A DNA stretch of 60,466 nt, filler included. It is 7 parts of 7 records of this genome, joined end to end, with 100 filler letters (N's around TTAATTAATTAA, not from the genome) between each part and the next. Parts side by side here need not be neighbours in the genome. Positions count along the whole stretch, not along the records: positions 42,107 to 47,785 come from SRR31147125_123147; positions 47,886 to 54,547 come from SRR31147125_123337; positions 54,648 to 60,466 come from SRR31147125_123959; 4 more parts are not named here. One strand, 5' to 3'. Below are positions 44,303-55,042 of the stretch, one piece after another. The stretch's first letter is position 1; each line of letters starts with the position of its first letter. A program made the position numbers and the translations under genes. Under the pieces are notes generated by a model. It ran no database searches and was not told where the DNA came from. It was given only the letters and a program-made list of their open reading frames with translations.

Positions 44303-47058
44303 ATGAATGGTTGGGATGGCGTTCTAGTGGCTGTCCTTATAGCATGGCTTGTGGGTCTCACCACTGTCACGTTTCATGACCACTGGCACACGTCTCCTCA
44401 GACGCCGCATGGGCACACTACTACAATGAAGGAGCTTATCACGATTACAACCGATCTGGACGTCGAGGAAGAAGGACACGAAGCTTCCGTCCAGGATTCC
44501 TTGACCATAGAGAAGTGAGTCCGTGAGGATGGCACGGGATGTGCGTGACGCGGGCCCAGTGCGTCTGTTGACGTCCAAGATGTCTCATTCGTTGAAGAGG
44601 AAGAACTCCACACCATTCACATTGTTGTAGAACAAGAGTCCGGTATGTGTGTACGGCGGGCCAGAGCAGCAAACGGACACCGGAATATCAGAGACCACTG
44701 CGCTTGTGACGCGTGCAATCCGTGTCGTCAGTGGGGCCGCTACGCTGGCCCAAGGTGGAATTGTGTCTGTACGACTTGTGGCACACGACATGGTGGAATG
44801 CGATCGTGCAGGTGTGTGTGTGTGTTGTGTGTGACACGGACGAAACACATCTCTTCTGCAGATTTGACGATGGAGGCCTCCTGGTTGGGTCTTCCTGTGG
44901 CATTAACACGGGTTGAACTGGTACGCAATGCTGAGAAACAAGATGGATCAGACAGCAGGCGGATGGGAACCGCGTGGACGACAACGTTGCGTCTTCCCCC
45001 TCTTCCACGGGTACGATTCCCTTGCCATCCTCCACACACATACACCCACCCACTTCGTGTCATGTCAGTATCCAATGAATCCTTTCGTCCCATGGAAACT
45101 GGGGAATTCCTCCTCGACTCTACTGGTACCGTCAGACGAACAGCACACGTTTCACCTGGAGATCGAAGCCGTACAATGGGTTATGACCCATCTACCCATT
45201 CCTAGCGTCTTGATCCAGGTGAGTTTCCACCCTCGTATTCCCACGCCGATTGAGTTTGCCCTTACAGATCGGAGGATACACCGACGCCTCACTTGCCCTT
45301 GCCCAAGCACTTGCATCGGGTTGTCAACTGCTTCCTTTCCCATCGGAGCTGTATATTGTTGTGACGGGAGATGTATGGGATGCCATACCACGCTTCAAGG
45401 AGGGATTGCGAGACGTTGAGACGAATGTGTCGGTATCCACCGAGGAGGCCTTTTCTGCCGAACAAACGCTTCCTTGGAGTTTAGTGGCTGTGATCAATCC
45501 TCCCACGGAAAGTAATGACGTACTTCAACGCTACTGGGGATGGATGGAACGCCGTCTCGAGAATGGAGGAGTTGTGTTGGTCGTGGCCGACGAACCCTCG
45601 CGGGAGCCAGCACTTCTCCTCACCCGGTCAATGGTTCAGCATGGAGGATATGAACATGTGGAGCGGACGCTGAAGAAGGATCAGTGGCTCCTCATCATGC
45701 TACAAAGAAAGCCTCGGGACATGATGATGTTGAGTCCCCTTGTCTTGCGTATGGAACGATCACGGAACGGCACGAACAAGCAAGAACTCACAATCCCGAT
45801 GCCTAGACGTCCATGGTTGTGTGTGTGTGTGTGTTCCTCGTTTGATCATCTGACGAAATGTAATGGGACCAGGGAAGAGCAGCATATACCGACGTCCTTT
45901 TCTGTAGTGGTACGTTACCTCCTCGAGAAAGGGATGCTCATCCGTGTGTGTGTGCGTGTGTGTGTGCACTACGTAAGGTGCCATGCCACAACTGTGCCTC
46001 TACCATTCTTGCGACGCTGGACAGTATTGTTGTGAGCATTTCCGGATTTGATGCATTGGTCGAGTCACATCAAAGTTCCTATTTTGTTGACGGAATTGTT
46101 ACGAAGGAGGCATGCGTGCTGCACACACGAGATGAAGACAGAATCTGAGAGTTCTGTGCAGATCATCCTGGTGGACGATCGCAGCACGGATGGCAGTGCG
46201 TCACGTGTGTTGGAGTATGCTACACGGAATCCTCTCCTGCGTGCAATCCTCCGTATTGTGAATATTCCTCTTCATGAAAGCACAAAGACAGCAGCTGGAT
46301 CACGTAATGTGGGAGCAAAGAACGCCCGTGGAGAAGTTCTGTTCTTTTGTGACGCGGATGATCGTTATCTCCCTCATCACATCAATGTCCGTCCGTCCGT
46401 CTGTCTGTCTTGTTGTGTTCGTCCTATTGATCATCATTTCAGGTTACTATGCACATATTAGCCATGTACGATTGTGCTTCTGTGTCTACGGAAATCGTTG
46501 TTGAGGAGGGGGTGCGTTGCACGTTAGGAGATGATACGTGAATTGAAACAGGGCCCAAGGTGATTCACGAGGACTGGAAGATTCCGATTAGTGAGACCAT
46601 TCCTTCGACACTAGGCCTTTGGACGTGGGTATTCAATCTAATTGGAGGGTTTCCCAGTCTCGAGTACGTTCAGACATCTGTCCGAATCATCCTACTCTTA
46701 CACATCTGGACAGACGAGGAGAAGATGCGGTCTTCCGAACACTTCTGTTCACACACTTCAAGGAGTGTCATGTGAACAATTCTACTGTGGAGTTCACGCG
46801 ACATGCTGGAAGTAGTTTCGACCGACAGCTCGTGAAATTTCAGCACCCCATTGCTGACCGAGATGTATTCGAGGAGGGGGACTGGGAGGTGCGTGGTCTC
46901 TACTTGTTGGCCGTTGTATCATGTGTGTTTTTGAAGCAAGCGTTCATCAGATTCGAGAACGTGGGACCGCACTTCTCTATGAGATGCAAGCATCCGTACG
47001 GGCAAGATGGAGCGACACAATGAATCAGCAACGACGGAAACGATGTAACGAGGTGTAG
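44303..47058 (+). CDS. Multi-exon eukaryotic glycosyltransferase family 2 protein with N-terminal signal anchor (exon structure approximate)
   Basis: Hydrophobic start MNGWDGVLVAVLIAWLVGL; GT-A motifs IILVDDRSTDGS, SRNVGAKNARGEVLFFCDADD, IGGFP and GED; several short GT-AG introns. That the 5' part and the GT2 domain form one gene is an inference. Confidence 0.68.
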
Positions 47059-47785
47059 TGTCACAATAGACGGTTTCGGAAGATCCAATGGTTCGGTGAA
47101 GTGTGAAGATGATACTGATCGACGTACTCGTGTGTACTCACTTCGTGCTCGATGCCGAACTCATTCCGAAAGACCTATCCCCCTCCGATTGATAAGCGTG
47201 CACACGATGCCGTACCAAGAGTTGCTACGCACAGCGCCATTCGAGGCCAGGGAGCTTGCCGTAAGCATATGGCGCAGAATCACGGGTTCCTATGTGCAAA
47301 TGATCTCAACACGCACACACAGAAGAGAAAGAAACGCACTTCCACAGGAACCGGATCACCACGTACTTCCGTGCCCAAACGTTTTGTGGGATTGATATGC
47401 AACACTTGCCTTGATGTGGGGCTGTTTAGTGTTTCATGCACATCCATTGATCCGACCAACCAGAGTGCGCCCGAGGAGAAGACGGGTGCGAAGCCCGCGA
47501 TTTGATTGCTGCGTGTAACCCTGGCTCGACGTACAGGACTTCGTATCTGGAGAAGTGTTCAGGACTTCAAATGAGGACGCGGATACGGACGGACCTCGGA
47601 ACAAAGATAGAGCGGTCCAAGAGACGACGATGACGCGTTGACCGTAATCGCGATCGCGTCCCCGTAGCGAACGGGTTGCGAGGCAGATGGCTGTGCGGGT
47701 TGAGCGTCGACGGAAAAGGGAAGAAGACGCAGTGTGTTGCGAGCAATCGGTGTGCCTTCTGTGCTGGCCGTTGCCTCGAACGAGG
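47030..47785 (-). CDS. Probable 3' part of a multi-exon eukaryotic hypothetical gene
   Basis: GTACG/GTGAGT donors and AG acceptors on the minus strand only; no recognisable product; boundaries uncertain. Confidence 0.3.
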
Positions 47786-47885
47786 NNNNNNNNNNNNNNN
47801 NNNNNNNNNNNNNNNNNNNNNNNNNNNNNTTAATTAATTAANNNNNNNNNNNNNNNNNNNNNNNNNNNNNNNNNNNNNNNNNNNN
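47786..47885. other. Artificial contig spacer
   Basis: N44-TTAATTAATTAA-N44. Confidence 0.99.
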
Positions 47886-48641
47886 GGGGGTATTTTCCTT
47901 AAGATACGTCAAACCGGCTTCTTTAGTTTCGAACACGTTTACCAGTTTGGTGATTCCTACCATTTTAAAGATCTCTTGGTAATTTTCTGAGATTCCGGAA
48001 ATGGACGTGTGAAGTCCTTTATTTTTGCATTCCGTCAGTATCTGGATCAAAATTGCGATGCCGGCCCCGTTAACGGAGATGTTTTCGCAAAAATTAACCA
48101 GCAGCTTTGTAGGTTTGTCTTCATTCTCATCTGTACCTGCATCTGGAAAGGCATCATGAAAAACAGTCTTTAGCGGCGCTTCGGCAGCGGCATCGATGTC
48201 CCCCATAATTTCAATGATCGCTATTTCATCTTCCATAATAAATCGAGCGATTGAGACAAGGGGCTCCGTGGATTTGAGGCGCTGCTCCGCCCGATTCAGG
48301 GCCGCATCCAGGGCCATTCTGCTGATGGGTTTATTGATGAAATCGGTGGCTTCATGGTTCAATGCCTGTACCGCCAGATCCATATCTCCGTGTCCGGTGA
48401 TGATGATCACTTCCGTTTCCGGGGCATCGGCCTTGATCCGGTCCAACACGGTAAATCCGTCCATACCGGGCATTTTGATATCGGTAAAGACAATGTCCGG
48501 TTTCTCCCTTTTGAACAGAGCCAATCCATCGGTTCCGTTTTCTGCAGCCAGAAAGTCATAGCCATAGGCCTCCAGAAACAGCTCGAACATGTCCAATGTG
48601 GGTTGCTCGTCATCAATGACCAATATTTTACGGGGTGCCAT
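47886..48641 (-). CDS. Response regulator with REC plus STAS (anti-anti-sigma-like) domains; stop beyond contig end
   Basis: ILVIDDE..TDIKMPGMDG..ITGHGD..DFINKP followed by GDID..VNGAGIAIL..IFKMVGI. Confidence 0.92.
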
Positions 48642-48708
48642 TTCATTCCTTTATTTGTTGCGTCACTTCCATTTCTCTTGCTTTTGAGACAACGGAATCG
48701 GAGAAGTT

Positions 48709-48738
48709 TTTGGCTTTGGCTTTGGCTTTGGCCTTGGC
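48709..48738. repeat. Hexanucleotide tandem repeat (TTTGGC)4-CTTGGC
   Basis: Directly visible in the kinase-regulator intergenic region. Confidence 0.9.
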
Positions 48739-48777
48739 ATCTGATTGTTTTCGAAGATGGATAAGCAAGATGATTCT

Positions 48778-50686
48778 TTAGGCTGCAGCCGGAAAACTCA
48801 ACCGGAATGTGGTGCCTTCTCCCTGGGCACTCTCAATATTGATCCTACCGCCGTAATCCTCCACAATCCCGTTGGTGATAGAGAGGCCGAGCCCCATGCC
48901 TTCACCCATTTGCTTGGTGGTGAAAAACGCTTCGAACATTCGTTTTTTCACGGCGATGTCGATTCCAAGACCGGTATCTTTTACCACAACCATGACCTGG
49001 TTTTCCCGGGTGAAGGTTTCTATGAGAATTCGATAATCGTCACCCGCTCCCCTGTTCTCCCCTGATTCCCGTTTCTGATTGATGGCATCCCGTGCATTGG
49101 TCAGAAGGTTGAAAATCACCTGTTCAATGCGATTGCGATGGGCCAGAATGGGAGGAATACCGGCATCCAGATTCAATTGGATCTCGATGTTTTGCAATTT
49201 TAACTGCTTACCGATAATCTCAAGAACACTTTGTACCGGTTGGTTGATAGTCACTTTTTCCTTTGTAAAATCAGCCTTTCGACCAAAATCCCTGAGCCGT
49301 CGGATGATGTCCACGGCCCGATCCACTTGACTGCTCACCTCTTTGACCACTTTGGCAAGTTTGGCATCGGGGATTTTTTTCCCGGTTTCGATCATCATGT
49401 CGATGAATTCATTGCCCATCTTGATGGCATTGAGGGGTTGATTCAGTTCATGGGCGATTCCGGCGGACATCTCTCCGAGGGTGGTCATTTTACTGGCCTG
49501 AATCAGCTGGTTGTCCTTTTCCACCATTTTGGTGATGTCGGTGGTGGCCAAAATGACGGCATCCTTCTCCTGGTACCTGACCGGACAGGCGTGAACATTC
49601 ACATAGAGAGGACTTCCGTCTTTGGTGATGCATTGAACTTTGGAGTCCACTGTTTTCACTTTTCCGGTATGACGCCTCTGGAAATCGGGTCTTTGAATTT
49701 CATCGAGTTCAAAGGGGCCGAGATTGGTAATGGGCGTTCCCAAAAGGTTTTCTCTGGAGATGCCGTAGGTCTTCTCCGCACTGGGATTGGCGCTGAGGAT
49801 GGTGAGGTGTTGTCGATCCAGGACAAAGATGGGGTTGGGGCCTCCCACAAATAGAGAGCGGTACTTGCTTTCCGACTCCTGCAGTTTTTTTCTGGAATCC
49901 ATGATCCGTTGGGTCATCTTCATAAAAGAGAGACTCAACTGCTGAACTTCATCCCGCTCATCTTTATCCGCCTTGGCTTCTGCCTGAACCGGGAGGGAAA
50001 GGGGGGAGATGGGTATGATCGATTTCAAAATTTCCCCGGCTGATTTCGTCCGACAGTGTCGTCAACTCCGAAATGGGGCGGGTGATATACTTGGCCAGAT
50101 AGTGACTGATGATAAAAAAAAGAAGGGTCACTGCAGAGGCAAATCCCAGAAACGTCGTCCTGAGTTTTTCAATGAGATGGTCGATGTGCTGTTTTTTCAC
50201 CCCCACATGAACCGATCCGATGCGATAGATTCCTTCGTTGACCGGTACGGCCACGTCATACACGATTTTGTCGCCCAGATGCAGCTCGGAAACGGTATGG
50301 GGATTCTCCGGTGGGATGGGGACTTCATTGTGCCGTTTCAGCACTTGGGGAAAGTCGATGGTAAAGGTGTGAGCCAGAACATTTCCCTGTTTGTCCGTAA
50401 TGTAGACATAATCCAGAATTTTTTCGACACCCAGGCGGGCATCGAAGATCAGGCTGATGAGTTGGGGCGTATCTTCTGTCAGGATGAATCCCCTGGAGCT
50501 TTCGGCAATGCTGTAGCTGATGCCGATGCCGCGCTCCTTCAGTTCCGAGGTGAGACTGGAGATGAGCATCCAGCGGGTAAACAGGGCAATCACCACACTG
50601 AGCATCAAGGTCACGGCAGTGGTGGAGAAGAAAATCTTGTTCTTCAGTGTGGTGCGCTTAATCGGATGGATCAGTCGTTTAACCAT
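48778..50686 (-). pseudogene. Sensor histidine kinase (TM-sensor-TM-HAMP-PAS-HisKA-HATPase) split by a single-base frameshift near 50001-50006
   Basis: HAMP helix 1 (ITRPISEL..ISRGNF) lies in ORF 49964-50686 and helix 2 (DEVQQLS.SF..M) in ORF 48778-50028. Removing one C from a C6 run gives one 635-aa protein with AHELNQP and GMGLGL motifs. Confidence 0.85.
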
Positions 50687-51945
50687 ACGAACTTCCCGTT
50701 TTTTAAATAGGTGAAGTAGACCCGTTCCAGCCCTTGATGATCCTGGGAGTTAAATGATAGGGAGTTGGCGATCCCCAGATCCAGATCCCGGATGGTCTCT
50801 ATGGCATCAATGAACTTCTCCCGATCCAACTCTCTTCCTGCCCGTTTGAATCCTTCCACCAGTACCTTTGCGTTGAGATACCCCTCCATACTGACGAAAT
50901 TGGGAGGGTCTCCGGGAAAATATTTTGCCAGCATCTCCGTGTATTCCTTTGCTCCCCAAAGGGCGGGATCGCTTTCAAAGATTTTGGGAGGCGGCACCAC
51001 CTGGGTGACAATGATCTGCTTGTCGGTATCCCCCAGGATTTTGGCCAGCTTGTCCGCACCGACAAATGAGACATTGTAAAACACCGATTCGAATCCTCTG
51101 GAGTGAGCCAATCTGATAAATTTGGCGCAGGGCTCGTAGGTTCCGATCATCACCACGGCTTGAGCCTCTTTTTCCATGATTTTTTCAAGCCCCTCCTCCA
51201 CATCCAGTGTGCCTCGAATGTAGGTGCCGGTAGCCACAGGGACAAGTCCATAGGATTTCAGGGCGATTTCAGTGCCTTTCAGGCCATCGAAACCGTAAGC
51301 ATCATATTGATAAAAAACGGCGATTTCCGACAGGTTCAGCTCTTCCACCAGATGCTGTACCGCAGCACCGGTTTCCTGATAATAGGATGCCCGAACATTG
51401 ATCAGGTAGCGATTGAGGGGCTCTCTTAGGGCATTGGCACCGGTAAACATCCCTAAAATGGGAATTTTTGCATCCTCCACCAGGGGAACGATCTTTACGG
51501 TGGTTGGAGTTCCCACATAACTGAAGAGACAAAAAACTTTGTCCTGAACGATCAATTTTTGCGTGTTGGCCACACACCGGGGAGGATCGTATCCGTCGTC
51601 ATAGGCGATAATTTCGATTTGTCGTCCGTGGATGCCGCCTTTCTCATTGATATGATTGATATAGGCAAGGGCACCGTGGAGGGTTTGGGTTCCTAAATAT
51701 CCGGTGTGGCCCTCCAGGGCCAATGATGAGCCGATTAGAATACGGTCATCGGTCACACCCGAGGTTCGGGATGCAGTGATATCCGTATTTTGGGGGGCAT
51801 TGCAGGCGCTGAACAAAAATAAGAGTGAGATCAAACAAAGAAGTCGCGTGAGCCGTAAAATAATCTTGAAAGACCCACTGCTGCAATGATGCATGAACAA
51901 ACCCTTTTCATCAGCAGTGAGCTTATTCATAAGATCTTTATTCAT
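50671..51945 (-). CDS. Periplasmic type I (LivJ-like) ligand-binding lipoprotein; start may be downstream
   Basis: Lipobox LFSAC, GGIHGRQIEII.YDDGYDP, VGTPT and NVRASY; overlaps the kinase start. Confidence 0.9.
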   Translation of the reverse strand: MNKDLMNKLTADEKGLFMHHCSSGSFKIILRLTRLLCLISLLFLFSACNAPQNTDITASRTSGVTDDRILIGSSLALEGHTGYLGTQTLHGALAYINHINEKGGIHGRQIEIIAYDDGYDPPRCVANTQKLIVQDKVFCLFSYVGTPTTVKIVPLVEDAKIPILGMFTGANALREPLNRYLINVRASYYQETGAAVQHLVEELNLSEIAVFYQYDAYGFDGLKGTEIALKSYGLVPVATGTYIRGTLDVEEGLEKIMEKEAQAVVMIGTYEPCAKFIRLAHSRGFESVFYNVSFVGADKLAKILGDTDKQIIVTQVVPPPKIFESDPALWGAKEYTEMLAKYFPGDPPNFVSMEGYLNAKVLVEGFKRAGRELDREKFIDAIETIRDLDLGIANSLSFNSQDHQGLERVYFTYLKNGKFVWLND

Positions 51946-51974
51946 CAGATGGCCCCAGGTTGATGTTTTTTTAG

Positions 51975-52913
51975 TTACCGGTCAATAACCGTTGAAAAGC
52001 CCTGTTCCATGGCTTGCATGTCTAAATGTAATGTGGCGATCAACTCAAGCTGGGGATAAAAGGAGCGGTGCATCTCCCGCAGGTCGACCAGTTTCAAATA
52101 TTTTTTGCAGTGAAAACAGAGATCCACGCGATACTCTTTTTCTTCTTCACTGTAAAAGTAGTGCTGCCGGTCTTTGTCGGTGTTTCTGCATAACGCGCAG
52201 CCGTTTCGGCCGATCTTCCAGTCGTGGAGACAGAATCCGCAGATCAGATGGCGCTCCCCGTTTTCGTTGAGATACCCTATCTTGGGAAGACTTCCGCAGA
52301 TCGGGCAGCTCCCTTTGTCCCAGTGAAGATCCGGGGGAAGATAGGTACCGAGTTGTTCCGCGCAGGTTTCAATTGCCGGAGTGATGGCGGAAAAGGCCAA
52401 TAACACCAGATGTTCTTCAAGCACTTGAAGTTCTTCCAATGAGCTCTTGAGGCGCTCCATGTCATGGGCGATGAGGCCTTGAAACAGCTTGTCGGGATCA
52501 AATGGCAGAGGGGAGGTTTCTTCCCCATCGCTTCTCTCTTTCATTTCTTTTTGTTCTTGAAGTATCTCGCAAATGCTTTCGGCACTCTCCTCGAGAGCCG
52601 GGGCTTTTTTTTGTGCAATCAAGCAGATTTTTTCGAGAAGGCGTGTGGCATGATTGGGATCGATAATAAATTCATCCGTCCCGATCAGGGGAAGCCCACT
52701 CTCATGTTTTTGTTTGAGTGTCTCTTCCGAAATGATGATGGGGGGAAGATCCAGTAGTTGTTTGCTCTCTTCCTGAGCTAAAATGAGCTCTCGGTAAAAG
52801 GGGATGATTTCCTCGTAAGCCGGTCTCACGGCAATTAACTCCTCGGCACTTTTTCGGATCCGTTCCATTGGGTTGAGGGCATCAGTCGTCATACGCTTTA
52901 CTCTTTTCTCCAT
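51975..52913 (-). CDS. fdhE: Formate dehydrogenase accessory protein
   Basis: CPICGS, CGFC, CALC and CFHCKKYLK motifs; exact start uncertain (52946/52913/52892). Confidence 0.92.
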   Translation of the reverse strand: MEKRVKRMTTDALNPMERIRKSAEELIAVRPAYEEIIPFYRELILAQEESKQLLDLPPIIISEETLKQKHESGLPLIGTDEFIIDPNHATRLLEKICLIAQKKAPALEESAESICEILQEQKEMKERSDGEETSPLPFDPDKLFQGLIAHDMERLKSSLEELQVLEEHLVLLAFSAITPAIETCAEQLGTYLPPDLHWDKGSCPICGSLPKIGYLNENGERHLICGFCLHDWKIGRNGCALCRNTDKDRQHYFYSEEEKEYRVDLCFHCKKYLKLVDLREMHRSFYPQLELIATLHLDMQAMEQGFSTVIDR

Positions 52914-53010
52914 GTGGATACCGGGGAAGATTGATGAAGCCATCATCCTTTCCCGGTATCGGTTGAACTTCAGCGTTTCGTTTCTGTCAATTCTTCTAGG
53001 AAGTTTTTTA

Positions 53011-53727
53011 TCACACGCGCATCATGGAAGTAAAGGGACGCAGCATTCGGCGCATGGCCACTTTACGACTGACTCCTCTTTGTCTCATGGACGGAGCCAT
53101 GGCAAACTCATGGTAGAGGGTGGCGTTGTATGTGACCAGATAGATCACATTGACATCATCGGGGTCGATCAGCGATGCCTCCGGGAACTTCTCTTTGACG
53201 GCACCAAAGCGCTCTTTGGCAAGGGCGACCATCTCTTCTCGTTCTCCGAAATTCATGCTTCCGGTGGGGCAGCTGGTGACACAGGCCGGTTTCAGACCGT
53301 TGTGGATTCTGTCGTTGCACATGTCGCATTTGGCCAGCGTGCCGTCTTCGGCTTGCCGTGGGATGTTGTAGGGGCACGACTCGATGATGGCATCGGCATC
53401 CAGATTTTTTGTGTTTGCCGTGAAGATGACGGCATCGGTATCCGGATCCCGATAGATGGCGTCACTGTCTTCTGCAGTCTCCAGACAGGGCGCTTCGATG
53501 CAATGGCGGCACTGTTCCGGGAAAAAGAGCCATTTCAGTTTGTTGTCGATCACCTCTTCGGTCATTCTGACCAGTTTGTAGGTGGAGAAGGACAGATCCG
53601 GAGGATTCTGGAATGAGCCTCGGTTTTCAGTCGTTTCTGCGGGCAGGTCATGCCACTGCTTGCAGGCGACCTGGCAGCCTCTGCATGCGGTGCAGAGCGT
53701 GGTGTCGATAAAAAATGATTTTGCCAT
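53011..53727 (-). CDS. fdhB: Formate dehydrogenase iron-sulfur beta subunit
   Basis: Likely true start MAKSFFIDTTLCTACRGCQVAC after GGAGG; CRHC..C, CP and CDMC..C..CP motifs. Confidence 0.95.
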   Translation of the reverse strand: MAKSFFIDTTLCTACRGCQVACKQWHDLPAETTENRGSFQNPPDLSFSTYKLVRMTEEVIDNKLKWLFFPEQCRHCIEAPCLETAEDSDAIYRDPDTDAVIFTANTKNLDADAIIESCPYNIPRQAEDGTLAKCDMCNDRIHNGLKPACVTSCPTGSMNFGEREEMVALAKERFGAVKEKFPEASLIDPDDVNVIYLVTYNATLYHEFAMAPSMRQRGVSRKVAMRRMLRPFTSMMRV

Positions 53728-53740
53728 TTCAGTCACCTCC

Positions 53741-54547
53741 TTATAGTTTGACCACATTGACCATAAAGGCCTTGGTTTCCGGAATACGGGTATTGGGATC
53801 TCCGGCAGGGGGAGTGAGCAGATTGGCGCTCTCCTCCTTGCCGTCGGAGGGCCATCGCCATCCAAAGTGCCAGGGTACGCCGACTTGATGGACGATGTTT
53901 TTTCCCACCTTAAAGGGCTTGAACCGTTTGGTAACGACGGCGGTACACTCCACATCGGCCCGGGCACTGGTCACTTTGACCCGCTCTCCGTTCTTGATTC
54001 CCCGAAGTTCGGCCAGCTCTTCACTCATCTCGACGAACATCTGGGGCTGCAGCTCCATGAGCCAAGACTGGGGCCTTGTCATGAGACCGGTTTGCCAGTG
54101 CTCACTGACCCTGTAAGTGGTGCCCACAAAGGGGAACCTTGGATCGCAGGTGGCATGGGCATCTTCCTTACTGGTGTAGACCACGGCAGTGGGGTTGATG
54201 AGCTGAGGATTGAGAAAGTTTTTCTCCACCGGACACTCCAAAGGCTCGTAGTGCTCGGGGAAGGGACCGTCTGCCCGGCCGGGACCGAAGATCTGACCAT
54301 GACCGTGTTTTCTCATGATAAAGGGGTGCTTACTGTCCGTCCGTTTGGAGCCGTCTGGGTTCTCCAAGGGATACCAGCCGCCGTCGGGCACATCGCCTTG
54401 CCATTTTTTAGAGACATATTTTCCATCTTTAGCCTCTCCGGTAAACTTGATGACCCAATGCTTTTTATCCCAGGGGATGCCTTTGGGATCCACGGAGGCC
54501 CGGTTGTAGATGATACGGCGGTTGACCGGCCAGCACCAGGCAAATTC
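53741..54547 (-). CDS. fdhA: Formate dehydrogenase alpha subunit (Mo/W-bis-PGD), C-terminal fragment
   Basis: WCWPVNRRIIYNRAS, GPFPEHYEP, TTYRVSEHW and NLLTP..GDPNTRIPETKAFMVNV. Confidence 0.95.
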   Translation of the reverse strand, partial: EFAWCWPVNRRIIYNRASVDPKGIPWDKKHWVIKFTGEAKDGKYVSKKWQGDVPDGGWYPLENPDGSKRTDSKHPFIMRKHGHGQIFGPGRADGPFPEHYEPLECPVEKNFLNPQLINPTAVVYTSKEDAHATCDPRFPFVGTTYRVSEHWQTGLMTRPQSWLMELQPQMFVEMSEELAELRGIKNGERVKVTSARADVECTAVVTKRFKPFKVGKNIVHQVGVPWHFGWRWPSDGKEESANLLTPPAGDPNTRIPETKAFMVNVVKL

Positions 54548-54647
54548 NNNNNNNNNNNNNNNNNNNNNNNNNNNNNNNNNNNNNNNNNNNNTTAATTAAT
54601 TAANNNNNNNNNNNNNNNNNNNNNNNNNNNNNNNNNNNNNNNNNNNN
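54548..54647. other. Artificial contig spacer
   Basis: N44-TTAATTAATTAA-N44. Confidence 0.99.
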
Positions 54648-54992
54648 GAGCGACAACAAGAACCACAAGAGCGACAAGAGCAACAACAAGAACGTCCAAT
54701 CCCTGATGCAGATCCCTCCCATTTACGACGTACCCTTGAGGCATTGCATGAGCCTCCGCCTCGTTCGCCTGGAAAACTTCATAGCGAAATGCGTCGTCAG
54801 GTAGATGCATTACGAGAACGTGGATCTTCCCCTGTGTGGGTGACCCGTAAGGAAGAAGTTGTTGTTCGAGACGCATCGCGCCGCCCTGCCGTACGGATTA
54901 TGGAGGAAAGATCTGATATTGTCTCGGAGGAGGTCGTGGAAGAAGAAGAGATCGTGGAGACAGGCTCGTGTGAGATCATTGGACGATTGTAA
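54648..54992 (+). CDS. 3' end of a eukaryotic hypothetical gene (Q/E-rich)
   Basis: ERQQEPQERQEQQQERP low-complexity exon, a probable intron, then ..EEVVEEEEIVETGSCEIIGRL*. Confidence 0.45.
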   Translation, partial: ERQQEPQERQEQQQERPIPDADPSHLRRTLEALHEPPPRSPGKLHSEMRRQVDALRERGSSPVWVTRKEEVVVRDASRRPAVRIMEERSDIVSEEVVEEEEIVETGSCEIIGRL

Positions 54993-55042
54993 CATCCTCA
55001 ATTCCTCATTCTCCTCATACACCCCCCCACCCCACCCCACGA

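Noticed and set aside
7524-54647. Six recurring TTAATTAATTAA motifs flanked by N runs, and track ORFs that run into them
   Set aside because: These are artificial concatenation linkers, so no biological linkage between contigs (for example eCIS next to the giant gene) can be inferred
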